DNA of 64,000 bases from Azolla caroliniana (GCA_043228905.1 JBHGNT010000005.1:19654001-19718000), one strand, 5' to 3'; numbered from the stretch's first letter, positions 52,172 through 63,531 are shown. Numbers and translations are program-made. Notes: generated from the letters alone by a model not told the origin.

Positions 52172-54288
52172 TCTCGGTTTTCGGAACCGAGGGAGTCGCG
52201 GTTACGTTCGTGGTTCGGCCGTACCGTCAGAAACTGGACCGAATGGCGCCCGTCTTGGCTTTTGACCCTCGCGTAGGCCGAACCGTTGTCCAGCACCTTG
52301 GTCTCCATCCGCGCCGCCGTGATGTACGGCTCTCCCAGTATGACCGGATGCGAAGACGTCTCCTGCACGAAGAAGTGCTGGTCAATCTCGACGTCGCCGA
52401 TCTTGACTCGCACATTCGGACAGGCCCCGTGCAGTTCCTCGGTGGCGCGCGTTGCTGCCCTTATTTTCCACCCGTGCTTGGTGTTGATCGGCCATTTGCC
52501 CTTCTTATAGAAGTCCATGGACATCAAATTGATCTCCGATCCGTGGTCCACCAAAGCTATCACCGGTTCCTGGACATCGCCGATCTTCACCGGGGTTTCC
52601 GTGGTCGCTCGGGCCCAGTGTGGTCTCGAATAGTGGCTTTCCGCCCACTCGTCTCCCAGCGCCATGTCGTCTAGGTGCGTCGTCCGCACTTCCACCGGTC
52701 TTTCCGGTTCTGTCTCCGTCGACAGCCTCTTCCGTTTCACCAAGTCCACGATGGAGTCGTGGAACTCCTTCTTGGCGATTCCCAGCACCTCTCGTAACGA
52801 CAGCTCCACCTTGCTATCGAGGATCCGTTCCTCCAGGACCTTTCGTAAGTCCGTGGTCCTTTCTATCTCCGTCCCCAGACGGTACCCGCCCTTCTGGGGT
52901 TTATCTTGCTTACCGGCCCCGCCGGCTTCGTCCCGTCGTGGCCCGGACCGGGTCTCGTATCGTTGTGAGGGCCCGGTCGTCCCGGGTCCCCCCACCCGCT
53001 TCTCTTCTACCAGAGCCTCGTAGTTCTGGCAAGCGGCTTCCACGAAGCCCGTCCTTTCCTCGACCGGGTCGCTCCACCCGGTCATCTCCCGTACCCGTTT
53101 CTCCGCACGGTCCGATTCCTCCCCTTTAAGCCTTGCACCGGCAAGGCCTTCCAGCATCGTCGGCCAGAATCCGGCTTTGCTTTCCCTTCGGGCCTCGCCG
53201 CCCCCGACTCGAATGCCGGCCGACGCCGAGTAGTGGACGGTTTCCGCGTGTCGGGCCGCCGCCTCTTCCATCAACCTTTTCATACCACCCTTTCCGTCGT
53301 TTCGGCTCAGGGCCCTTCGGGTGTCGCTGGCATGCACCCGTCCTTCCCACAGGTACACCACCCTGTTCCTCAGCGCCTCCGCGAAGTCGCCGCAGTCCTT
53401 CCGAATGTGGCCGACTTCATCGCACCACATGCACCTGTTTCCTGCCGCCGGCCGTCGGTCACGAGCCGGTTCGCCTCCTTCTCTTCGGGCCTGCGCGATT
53501 TGGAGGTCCTTTATCGCCTTCGTCAATTCCTCCAGCGCCGCTCCTCCGGTTGAGCCTCTGACTACGCCGGTCGAAGCCGAACCGGTATCCAACCACTCTC
53601 GGGTCTCTTCCTTTCGCACCTGTGGCGCTGGGTCGAGCTTCCTTGCTGCGACCGAGCCCGACCCGGTTGCACCGTTATCCGCCCATTCTCGCCGTTTGTC
53701 GAAACGGCCACAGACCTTCCTGACAGCCGCCCAGTCCGTAGTGAGCCCGACTTCGGTTTCCAGCAAGAGGCCCACGTGCTCCCGATCCCGTTCGTCGACC
53801 GACTTGACAAACAGCAAGACCCGGCTCGTGTCCAGGATGGTTCGGTCGAGCGCCGAAAGGCGCGCAAAGTTTTCCTCGAACTCCCGGAGGAGCGCCGACG
53901 CGTTTCTTCCCTTCCCCGGGGACTCCACCCATTCCATGAACCTTCGCTTCGAAAGCCGGAGCGCGTCGTCCAGCCCGTATTTCTCTAGGAGCCGACCTTC
54001 GAACTCCTCCCAGGTACGGCTCTCCGTCCGCACCTCGAGCACCTCCGCATGGATGCTCGGCATCGCCACTCGGGGAAATCCGGCAAGACGCCTTTCTTCC
54101 GGAATGTCCCGCATCAGCATCTCTGCACCGTAGGACGCCAAATACTTCGTGGCATCCTTCCCATCGAACCGGCCGATCGTGCCGACGACCGCCTCAATAG
54201 CTCTATCGAGGGCACCGGTGCTCTCGCGCGCGTTTACAATCCGATCCACGGCCGAAGCCATGGCCTCTGCGAGATCCGACCCCCTCAT
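52162..54288 (-). CDS. gag: Gag-protease polyprotein (likely ATG 54288; frame stays open upstream into the LTR)
   Basis: CCHC knuckle CMWCDEVGHIRKDC; aspartic protease ALVDHGSEINLMS ... VILGEPY. Confidence 0.93.
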   Translation of the reverse strand: MRGSDLAEAMASAVDRIVNARESTGALDRAIEAVVGTIGRFDGKDATKYLASYGAEMLMRDIPEERRLAGFPRVAMPSIHAEVLEVRTESRTWEEFEGRLLEKYGLDDALRLSKRRFMEWVESPGKGRNASALLREFEENFARLSALDRTILDTSRVLLFVKSVDERDREHVGLLLETEVGLTTDWAAVRKVCGRFDKRREWADNGATGSGSVAARKLDPAPQVRKEETREWLDTGSASTGVVRGSTGGAALEELTKAIKDLQIAQARREGGEPARDRRPAAGNRCMWCDEVGHIRKDCGDFAEALRNRVVYLWEGRVHASDTRRALSRNDGKGGMKRLMEEAAARHAETVHYSASAGIRVGGGEARRESKAGFWPTMLEGLAGARLKGEESDRAEKRVREMTGWSDPVEERTGFVEAACQNYEALVEEKRVGGPGTTGPSQRYETRSGPRRDEAGGAGKQDKPQKGGYRLGTEIERTTDLRKVLEERILDSKVELSLREVLGIAKKEFHDSIVDLVKRKRLSTETEPERPVEVRTTHLDDMALGDEWAESHYSRPHWARATTETPVKIGDVQEPVIALVDHGSEINLMSMDFYKKGKWPINTKHGWKIRAATRATEELHGACPNVRVKIGDVEIDQHFFVQETSSHPVILGEPYITAARMETKVLDNGSAYARVKSQDGRHSVQFLTVRPNHERNRDSLGSENREDF

Positions 54289-54310
54289 CTTCTGCTCTTC
54301 TGCCGCCTCT

Positions 54311-54328
54311 TTCACGTCGGGTTCACCA
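54311..54328 (-). promoter_or_regulatory. Primer binding site complementary to the 3' 18 nt of cytosolic tRNA-Trp(CCA)
   Basis: TGGTGAACCCGACGTGAA; plant tRNA-Trp ends ...TTCACGTCGGGTTCA-CCA (recalled sequence). Confidence 0.88.
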
Positions 54329-57300
54329 AAGATGTCGAGATATTTCGCAAGTGCGTGTGGAGATGAGGCGGGACCGCGGGGGTCTCGAACCAAAGAGCAA
54401 GCGAGGGAGGAGAAAGAGGGAGAACCTGCTACGCAGGACCGGGGATACACAGGGACACGGCCCTTCAGCACGGAGAACGCGAACAGACACCGACACAGAC
54501 AGACGCGAACGACTAAATATGTATATTAACAAAAATGGCTAACACGACTACAACCCTCGATGGGGCACAGGTTGGTTACAACCGAACAGGCCGGCGAACA
54601 GATGCCGATGCCTGTTCGCTTCGACGCACAAACGGGGTAGCAGGTCGGAGGTGCTGCCGGAAGCACTCGGGCGTTCCTCGAAACAGCGCGAGCCTCCTCG
54701 GAACCCTGCACAGAAAGCTATGGAGCTCAAGAAGGAAGGAAACAGAGAGAGAAGCGTCCAGAAACGGTCCGACAGCACTTCGTCCTCCCTGCCCGAGATC
54801 CCTGCAACAGCTCTTTCCTGCTCCTTATATATGCCGATGAGCAGGCCATCATGTCAGCTTTATTCCCTGTCCCTTTTGGACAGGGATCCGCTCCGTTCTT
54901 CACGCATCCGCGTAGTTACGCCGCCGATTCGTATAGTTCGCGCGCGTGACCGAAAAGACTGTTCGCGCGGTCTTTGTCTTTACTCGTGTTAGGGCCCGTT
55001 CCTGCCGACCATCCTCCTAATTCGATTCTATGTACAACTTGGAGCGTGCGCGCGTGAAGAACCGGTTCCCACGCCTTGGTGCGCCGATTCCGCTTATGGA
55101 CGGTTTTCTTCACGACAACGTAATTTCTCATTAGCCGATTTCAAGGTCCTCTTGGCCGACTCAAGCGTTGTTCCCGAAGGTTCTTCTTCATTTTTACCGG
55201 AGTGGGAGTCACTCTATTTCGACTTGTCTCTACCGGTGTCCTATTCCAACATCTTCTTCTTCCCTTTTTCTTTGTGAGTGAACCATCTCCTTGGTTCCTT
55301 GCATGGGGAGAGCACGACCAAGTCTCCACTATTCGCCAGCTCATCATCATCCTGGTCTTTCTGACTCAGTTCTTCATTTGGCCCGCTGAGCTGGAATGAG
55401 ATCGGACTCTCATCTAGAGTACCGAATCCTTCTTCATCTTCTGCCCAGGTCATTTTGGGCTCACTGGTCTCATCTTTCGGAATCAGGTCGAAGTCAGTAG
55501 AGAGTACCAGGATGCAAATTTGTCAAATTCGACATCTCGGCTTACTCGGATTGTCTTTGTCCAAGGGTTGTAGCACTTATACCCCTTCTACTCATGAGCA
55601 TAGTCGACTAGTATGCACTTCTCCGACTTCGGGTCCAACATTCTCCGCTTCTCATCTGGTACATGCACATAGGCTATGCTACCGAATACCCTGAGGTGTC
55701 TTAAGTTCGGCTTCAGCCCGAAATATAGCTCATGTGCTGACACCTTCTCCCTGATCCGGTTTTGGATGTAGACAGTCGTCCAGACCGCTTCGGCCTAGTA
55801 GAACTTGGGCATGCTCTTCTCCTCCAACATTGCCCATGCCACTTCGACAATCGACTGGTTCTTCCTCTCGGCAACAGCATTTTGCCCCGGCGTATATCGG
55901 CAACTAAATTAGACTCTTTGAATTCCCTTTTGCTACAAATAAGTGTTGAATTGGCCGGAAAAATATTATTTTCCGCCATCCGACCATAGGCACTTGATCT
56001 TCCTCTCTGTTTCCCATTCAACAAGACTTTGCAAGTTTTGGAAACAGTCGAAGACCTTGCATTTCTTCTCAATGAGATAGATCCACGTGTGTTGGTTGTA
56101 GTCATCGATGAAAGAGACGAAGTATTGACTCCCGCCAAGACTAATATTCTGTGGAGGTCCCCATACATCTGAATGTATTAAATCGAGCTTGTTACGTCTC
56201 CAGTTCCTTTCGGTGGGGAATGAAAGCTAGTGTTACTTCCTAAGTTAGTAGGCTTCACATATTTGGGCCTTCTGGCCACTGAATTTCGGCAGTCCGAACA
56301 CAACTTGTTTCGACTGCAGGTCCTGAAGCTGTTGATAATTGCGGTGATCGATCTGCTTATGCCACAGGTCGATGTTCGACTCAACCTTTTGTCCTTTTGC
56401 AAATAAATCAGTTCCTAAGTCGTTGGTGTCAAGGATAAACATCCTCCCGCCCAGTGCCCTTGTGCAATTATTTGGCCTTCTTCTTCAATGAAGCACTCAA
56501 GATGCGTAAACCATACTTGCATCCCCTGGTCGACGATCTATCCAACCGACACCAGGTTCTTCATAATTGTCGGAACATGCAACACATTCATGAGTTTCCA
56601 TCTCTGTCTAACATGGCTGAGGGGAACTTCTCCGAAATGTTCGATTAGGTGAGGAATGTCGTCTTCAATTTTGACAACTCCCGGTTGCTCTGGTTTTTCC
56701 AAATACGAGAACCACTCTTCGTGGCTCGTCATATGGTTAGATGCTCCAGAGTCAATGTACCACACTTCCTCCGATGTGGAAGTGGTCTTCTTCATCGAGT
56801 TTGCCTTGTGCTTCATTACAAAGGTTGGCCCTTTTCTGGTCTTCCCAGTTCCGGATCCTTTTGATCCTCCGGCGTAGTGCGAGCATTGCCAACTCCCTTG
56901 TCCGGCCTTGCCGGATCTGGATTTGTCACGTTGATGGAATCTAGTATGTCACAGATCTCCTTGATCTTGGTGGTATAGTCAGTAACCGATATGTCGCTTT
57001 TCTGGATGTTGTTGAGCTCTTGCTAGACCTACAACTTCGGGGCCGTGCTGTTGGCGGCAAAAATCTTCTTCAGATTTTCCTAGGCTTCTTTCGACGACTT
57101 CGCATCTCTGATGTAGCCAAGCATTTGGTTGTGCACACAGGACACAAAGCAATACAACAGTCTGCTCCCTCCTTGCTCCCATGTCAGGAAGTCCTTGTGT
57201 GCCGGCTCTAGCGCTACTTCATTCGCTCCCTCGACATAACTCGAGTAATCGTGACCCAATAGGTATTGGTGCATCTTGTAAGACCACGATGCATAGTTGT

Positions 57301-58759
57301 TTCTGTCAAGCTTCTCTGTCGGAAGCGAGCTTGCCATGTTTCTATCTATTCTCCCTTTCTTCCTTTCTGCTCTTTACCCTAGGCAAGGTTTTGGTTAGTG
57401 TTGAAGGCTCTTGTCGGCAACAAAGGATGTCCTAACTCTCACGCTCTGATACCATGTAAAGATTTGCATGCGGAAGCTCGTAGATAGAACCGGCTCTACT
57501 AGATAGCAACAGAAAATGAACTAAGGTTTAATGGAAGCTTCACAGAGAGAGCAGGAGAGACGGAGAGAGCAAAACAATGAACTCAATTTACAAAATATTA
57601 CTCTCTGTACATGCAATATGCTCAATGAGCACTTTTATACAAGTCCATAAAAGGATTGACAAAAGTACTAGCATGTACTTCAATGCTCGTACGAGCGACT
57701 AACACTAATTCCAAGAAATATGCCTATGTACTAGGCTAACACCGTAGGCCTCTAACGGCCTACCGGTTACAATCTGATCCGGCTCTTGGTTTCGGATACC
57801 TATCCGGTTCTCCGTTCTAGATATCGATCCGACGCTAGCTTATTCAGCTGACTGGATCCAGTTGAGCTTGTCCGCTCAACAATACTAATCAATTAGAGAG
57901 TGTGAAACGGGATTTACATAAAACACTCACAATGGGATGTGAGCCATACTAAAGAGAATTGAGCATATGTTGAAAATGGCATGAACGTGTTTGGTCAAGG
58001 ACAAGATCTGAATAGGGCAACGGTGTCGTGATGTGGGGTGTGCATAGGAGGAATTAAGCTAAACTGAGGATAATATGAGATTGGAATGGTAGATCAAAGG
58101 GAGGGTAAGAAAGACATAGAATGAGTTGGAGCTAATTATAACAACAAGGCCTAGCTCAATAGGTAAAATGTGTGTATTATGAAGGGGAGGTTTGGTGTTT
58201 GAATCCACCTTGGACAATGGAAAAGGGAAGTGGATAAATGGAAGGGATAGTGAATTCATAACAACCCTTTTTTGTTAAACTTAGGCACCAAACCAAGAGG
58301 TGTTGCATGCAACTCATACCCACCTTTCTATTTTTGGGAGAGGGCCTCCCATGTCCTCTAAAAGGAGGAGAGTAGGGACTCAAAAGCTCTGCCAAATTTT
58401 GGAAGAATTGAAAGAACTAAGAGAGATTCCAATCAAGAGAGCGTGAAGGAACAACATCAACATGAGGCAACAAAGTCATTGATCGTTGAGCCGAATCACC
58501 AAAACTTAGGAATTTATCCCAAACCTCACTTTAATCTTGCCTCCCAAGTTTCAGATTCGTCTTTCTAATCGTATTACCACTATGAAAAACAACATTAAAC
58601 CTTGTAATCCAATCTTATTAGCAATATTGCTATCTTAGACTAATTGTTCTTAAGGCAAGTTGTGTCACTTCCCCTTTAAGCGAATGATCTTTGAGCTAAT
58701 TGCATGCATCAAAATCAACCTCATATATATATATGCACAATTTACGAAAGTTAGTTTTG

Positions 58760-59059
58760 TGTGACAAGCAAAAACTCGAAGAGCCGAAAACTCGACGAAT
58801 GTGAACACTCAACGAGCCTAAAAGCTCGACAAACCCGATGAGTGTCAAAACAGTCGATGAGCTCGAAAGGTCGATGAGTGTCAACACTTGACAAAGCCTA
58901 ATACTCGACGAGACCCGAAAGCTTGACGAGTGGCTGCACTCGATGAGGAGCTTCTTCACTAAGGTCGCATCTTCGGTCTTCTCCTTCACTCCCACTCCTT
59001 GGCACAAGACCCCCATGGTCCCGCTCAAGTATCACAGCCACGCGCAAAACTTCGTGACA
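58760..59059 (+). mobile_element. LTR remnant (3' end) of the Trp-primed clade
   Basis: caagacccccatggtcccgctcaagt...aaacttcgtgaca is the reverse complement of a sequence homologous to 837..900. 5' boundary uncertain. Confidence 0.7.
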
Positions 59060-59384
59060 ACAGACACATGCCACAATTTGAGCCAACAAGAGACTTTGAG
59101 ATCTAAACAATGTTATCTATTTGGGAACGTGAGTTACCGAGGATGGTTAAGAGGCAAACCACAAAATTGTCCGAAGCACTATAAAAAGAGAGAGGAGGCC
59201 ATCATGGTGGATAGGAGATGGACGGATGGGGGGGGGTAGAAACAAGACAAGTGAGGTGAGATGTGAAGCGAGCAAAAGAGCGGCACGAGAAAAGCATGTG
59301 GATTCTGTTGTGTCCAGTAATGAGGAGACATGATGTGGGAGCAAGGACAAGAAGGAAGGAGACACGATGCGCGAGCACGATCAT

Positions 59385-59595
59385 CCATGTATGTGTGTAA
59401 TGTATGTATGTGTGTGTGTGTGTGTGTGTGTAATGTATGTATGTATGTGTGTAATGTATGTGTGTGTGTGTGTGTGTAATGTATGTATGTATGTTCCATG
59501 TATGTGTGTAATGTATGTATGTATGTTCCATGTATGTGTGTAATGTATGTATGTATGTTCCATGTATGTGTGTAATGTATGTATGTATGTATGTA
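59385..59595. repeat. Compound (TATG)n/(TG)n microsatellite with higher-order ~32-bp units
   Basis: tatgtatgttccatgtatgtgtgtaa units. Confidence 0.95.
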
Positions 59596-59979
59596 ATAGA
59601 ATGAACCATACGTAGCATACGTGCATTCGCATTCGAGAATGATTCAATCAAACGTGTATGGTAAATCATCTCAAAGTTGGATTGGATTGACAAGTTGGAT
59701 TGGATTGACTAGGGTCTATATTATGTATTGATTCACTCTCAATCCTAATAAGTGGACTCTAATCCATTGTGAACCACCAACATAAGTATGGTTGCAATAT
59801 TTGCATTGTATCACATGCATACTTTTGGGATGCAAATCAAGACATCTCTATCATCCTCACTTTAGAACTTTACAAAAAAATGAGTATGAACTATAGAGAT
59901 TGAATCAAAATATGTCATTATAAATTATAATCAAACGTTCAAAAACTCATAAAACGTATATTCGAGAATATGAAGAAAA

Positions 59980-60778
59980 CATGACATAGGCAGTAGTAGC
60001 ATAACAACTTACCACTAGGGTGACCTAATTTCTAATAACAAAGAAAGAAAGAAAGAAAGAAAAAGGAACATGACACTAACATAAAATTTTGTCATGACAT
60101 GGGTAGTAGTAGCATAACAACTTACCACTTGGGTGACCTAATTTCTAATAACAAAGAAAGAAAGAAAAAGGAACATGACACTAACATAAAATTTTGTCAT
60201 AACATGGGTAGTAGTAACATAACAACTTACCACTTGGGTGACCTAATTTCTAATAACAAAGAAAGAAAGAAAAAGGAACATGACACTAACATAAAATTTT
60301 GTCATGACATGGGTAGTAGTAACATAACAACTTACCACTTGGGTGACCTAATTTCTAATAACAAAGAAAGAAAGAAAAAGGAACATGACACTAACATAAA
60401 ATTTTGTCATGACATGGGTAGTAGTAACATAACAACTTACCACTTGGGTGACCTAATTTCTAATAACAAAGAAAGAAAGAAAAAGGAACATGACACTAAC
60501 ATAAAATTTTGTCATGACATGGGTAGTAGTAGCATAAAAACTTACCACTCGGGTAAGCTAATTTCTAATAACAAAGAAAGAAAGAAAAAGAAGAAAAAGA
60601 ACATGACACTAACAAGAGGATATGAGTAAGTTGGGAATCGGGCCCAAGACACAAGTAATAGTAGCACAACAACTTACCACTAGGTTGTACTTAGTTGAGG
60701 ATATGAGTAAGTTGGGAATCGGGCCCAAGACACAAGTAATAGTAGCACAACAACTTACCACTAGGTTGTACTTAGTTG
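59980..60778. repeat. 105-bp tandem repeat (~5.5 near-identical copies, 59980..60615) followed by an 81-bp perfect duplication (60616..60778)
   Basis: 35-aa periodicity in the overlying ORF; gaggatatgagtaag at 60616 and 60697. Confidence 0.95.
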
Positions 60779-61041
60779 AATAATAATAAATAAATAAAAG
60801 AAAAAAACTATTATAACACTAACATAAAATTTTGCTATGACATGGTAATAATGAGAGAAAGAGATGACAAAATTGGGAATCGAACCCAAAACATGGACAA
60901 CAATAGCATGACTCCTTACCACTAGGGTAAGCTAAATTATAATGGTGATAAATGAAAAAAAAAATGATCCCCATTTCAAACGTTTTCGTTTCCAAACGTT
61001 TCCAAACGTTGGAATGCTTGCACGAACACGAATATTACGTT

Positions 61042-61367
61042 CTATGTATGTATGTATGTATGTTCCATGTATGTGTGTAATGTATGTATGTATGTATGTA
61101 TGTATGTATGTATGTATGTTCCATGTATGTGTGTAATGTATGTATGTATGTATGTATGTATGTATGTATGTATGTATGTATGTGTGTGTGTAATGTATGT
61201 ATGTATGTATGTATGTGTGTAATGTATGTATGTATGTATGTATGTATGTATGTTCCATGTATGTGTGTAATGTATGTATGTATGTTCCATGTATGTGTGT
61301 AATGTATGTATGTATGTTCCATGTATGTGTGTAATGTATGTATGTATGTATGTATGTATGTATGTAT
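61042..61367. repeat. Second compound (TATG)n array with the same higher-order unit
   Basis: Same ttccatgtatgtgtgtaa interruptions as 59385..59595. Confidence 0.95.
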
Positions 61368-61606
61368 GGTCAAGTAATGGAGGGAGGAGAGACACAGACA
61401 GAGAAAGAGAGAGTTAGTCAGTCAGTCGATCAGTCAGTCGGGAGGGGAGTCGGTCAATCTGATAAGAAGGAGAGAGAAGCAGAGAAGAAGAAGAAGAAAA
61501 AGAAGAAGAAGAAGAAGAGGGCCTGCATAACCGCGTTTCTTGAAAAGAGAAGAGTTCTCTAGATCCAATCCCAACTACTCCCACCGAATACACAGACTAA
61601 GCAAAG

Positions 61607-62428
61607 GTAAGAATTTAGTTTCCCTCTCTCATTCCTCCCCTCCCAAGAAGATCTGCACGAAACTTATCAAATCTCAAATCGCCCACGTTTTCAATTGACT
61701 TGATTTTGTAGCTAAAATTTGGCCTTCATTCTCCCTCAGATTTGTTTCTCAGATCCAGCAAATAACCTCTCTAACATCCATCTCCCACACGCATCAACGT
61801 TTTTGTGTGTGTGTGTGGGGGGGGGGGGGTGACCTTAATCTGGCCATATCTGAAGTATTGGAGGGGCCTTAATCTGGCTATATAAAAGTATTGGGGGGAG
61901 ACTTAATCTAGCCATATCTGAAGTAAAGCACATCGATTTTTCTTGCCTTAGTCTGGTCATATCTAAATAACCCTCATCAAAATTGGCCCCTTTAGCTTTA
62001 GTAACCTACTTTTAGGTTTGCCCTTAATCTTTGAATAACCACCATCTAAATTTCCCTGGACCTTGAGCAACCACTATCCAAGTTCCCCCCCCCCCCCCCT
62101 TGATCTCGAGTAATCCACATCCAGATTTTTCATTAATATTGAGAACATGCATCCAAAATTTCCCTTAATCTAGGCATATACATGAGCACCAACATCAAAG
62201 TTTTTGGTGTCAATCTAGCCATATCGGAATAACATGAAGCAAATCTTGCCTCAATAATTCATTATTTATATCAATCCCTAACAGATTTCGAAGCATTTTC
62301 TACCTTCTTACTTTATATTTGAAGTTCGATTTATATATATATATATATACATCTTAGTTCTTTATATTCAAGGTGCATATATACACACATATATATAACA
62401 TATTTTTTCTGTTTTTTTCTTTCTGAAG
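61607..62428 (+). other. Probable 5' UTR intron of the phytolongin gene
   Basis: AAG|GTAAGA donor at 61607; polypyrimidine tract ...ttttctttctgaag| acceptor at 62428; GA-rich leader upstream (~61380..61606). Confidence 0.6.
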
Positions 62429-62457
62429 CTGTGGCTTTAACCTGGTTTTCTGCCCTT

Positions 62458-63531
62458 ATGGGCAAGGGCAAAGGCAAGACAGATGGAGTTACTTTACCCA
62501 GTTTGATTTACTATTGCTCTATTTTAACAAGAAATTCTCATATAAAAATAGCCGAGTATATCAATGGTGGCGATAAAGAACTGCCTCAGATTGTGTTGAA
62601 ATGTCTCAATTTCTTACCCCCTCATCATGATAAGTTTAGCTTTACAGCAAACACAAGAACTCTTGCGTGTATTATCGAGGATCGATTCCTCTATTGTGCC
62701 ATAACAGATGAAGCTTTGAGTAGATCGAAAGTCATGGGTTTCTTAGATGACATCAGGCATGAGTTCCACTCGAATGCCGAAGCTAGCAGGAAATTTAGTA
62801 ATATGATGGATCAAAATAAGATAAAAGCCCATTGCTTGGATCTGGAGTTTAAACCTATATTTAAGAGTCTCATAACGCCATTCGTTGGGATTCCACAACG
62901 AGAAAAGATCCGTATCGAAGAGGAATCTCGAGCTCGAGCTCGAGCTGAAGCTCAAGAAGCTCAACAAATTCAGTTAGCCCTAGAAGCTCAGCAAACTCGA
63001 CAAGCTCATCAAAGTCATGATCATGATGATCTAGAAGTTGGGCTACAGAGTTATTTGCAACAGTCATCACATGAGTACGAAAATTATAACCCTTCTCCAG
63101 CAGATAAAAGTCCCCCAGGTTCAGCCTCGCCTTCGAGACCCTTGATAGGAAAAGAGGGCAATTGGAAGCATCCTAAGCAAAAGCAGAATCGAACGAAATC
63201 CAAAGTGGCAACTAGAGATAGTGGTATCCTCACTATTAATGTAGCGGAGAACAAGGAGAAAGGGAACAGTGACCACCACCAAGACAATGATGATGATGAT
63301 GATGATTGTGTGAATATAATGCGAGGAGAAGTAATCAATTGGCAAGCCCCAACGAGTCTTCCAATACGCAAATTCGGGAGCATGAATAGTAGATGTGAAC
63401 AACCAGTGATGACCCAGAGAGCATGTTCTAGAAACCTAAAGCTTGTCCTTCTCTTTGATGCCATTGCTTGCATGATCCTATTTGTCGTATGGCTTGGAGT
63501 ATGTCAAGGACTTAGTTGCACCCGAGGATAA
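62458..63531 (+). CDS. Phytolongin (non-SNARE longin-domain protein with C-terminal transmembrane helix), intronless CDS, 357 aa
   Basis: N-terminal longin fold (LIYYCSI...IAEY...CL..LPPHHDKFSFT...FLYCAITDE...FLDDIR.EF), low-complexity linker, no SNARE heptads, C-terminal VLLFDAIACMILFVVWLGVCQGLSC typical of phytolongins. First ATG at 62458. Confidence 0.88.
   Translation: MGKGKGKTDGVTLPSLIYYCSILTRNSHIKIAEYINGGDKELPQIVLKCLNFLPPHHDKFSFTANTRTLACIIEDRFLYCAITDEALSRSKVMGFLDDIRHEFHSNAEASRKFSNMMDQNKIKAHCLDLEFKPIFKSLITPFVGIPQREKIRIEEESRARARAEAQEAQQIQLALEAQQTRQAHQSHDHDDLEVGLQSYLQQSSHEYENYNPSPADKSPPGSASPSRPLIGKEGNWKHPKQKQNRTKSKVATRDSGILTINVAENKEKGNSDHHQDNDDDDDDCVNIMRGEVINWQAPTSLPIRKFGSMNSRCEQPVMTQRACSRNLKLVLLFDAIACMILFVVWLGVCQGLSCTRG

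Larger units (their letters stand above)
47827..55117 (-). mobile_element. Intact, very young Ty3/Gypsy LTR retrotransposon (non-chromovirus, tRNA-Trp primed)
   Basis: 785-bp LTRs 47827..48611 and 54333..55117 with one visible mismatch; 4-bp TSD ACGT; PBS 54311..54328; PPT 48612..48623; uninterrupted gag-PR and pol ORFs. Confidence 0.97.
41968..57881 (-). mobile_element. Ty1/Copia element D (B-like family), degenerate, carrying three nested insertions
   Basis: 5' LTR 57455..57881, PBS-Met 57443..57454, 3' LTR 41968..42433, TSD ATACT. gag 57337, protease WYIDSGASNHM, integrase ~55500..56450, RT 46800..47770, RH 44100..44415 and 46527..46750. Confidence 0.92.

Noticed and set aside
48736-54529. 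Many long antisense or alternative-frame ORFs (up to 270 aa) over the intact Gypsy element
   Set aside because: Expected shadows of GC-rich coding sequence; no recognisable motifs.
48029-54992. Identical 101-aa and 113-aa ORF pairs
   Set aside because: They are the two LTR copies; their identity reflects youth, not coding selection.
59980-60615. Possible CRISPR-like array or 176-aa repeat protein
   Set aside because: The units are contiguous near-identical 105-bp repeats with no unique spacers; the ORF is a by-product of a period divisible by 3.
59179-61395. HTYI/MYVC-rich ORFs
   Set aside because: Translations of (TATG)n microsatellites.
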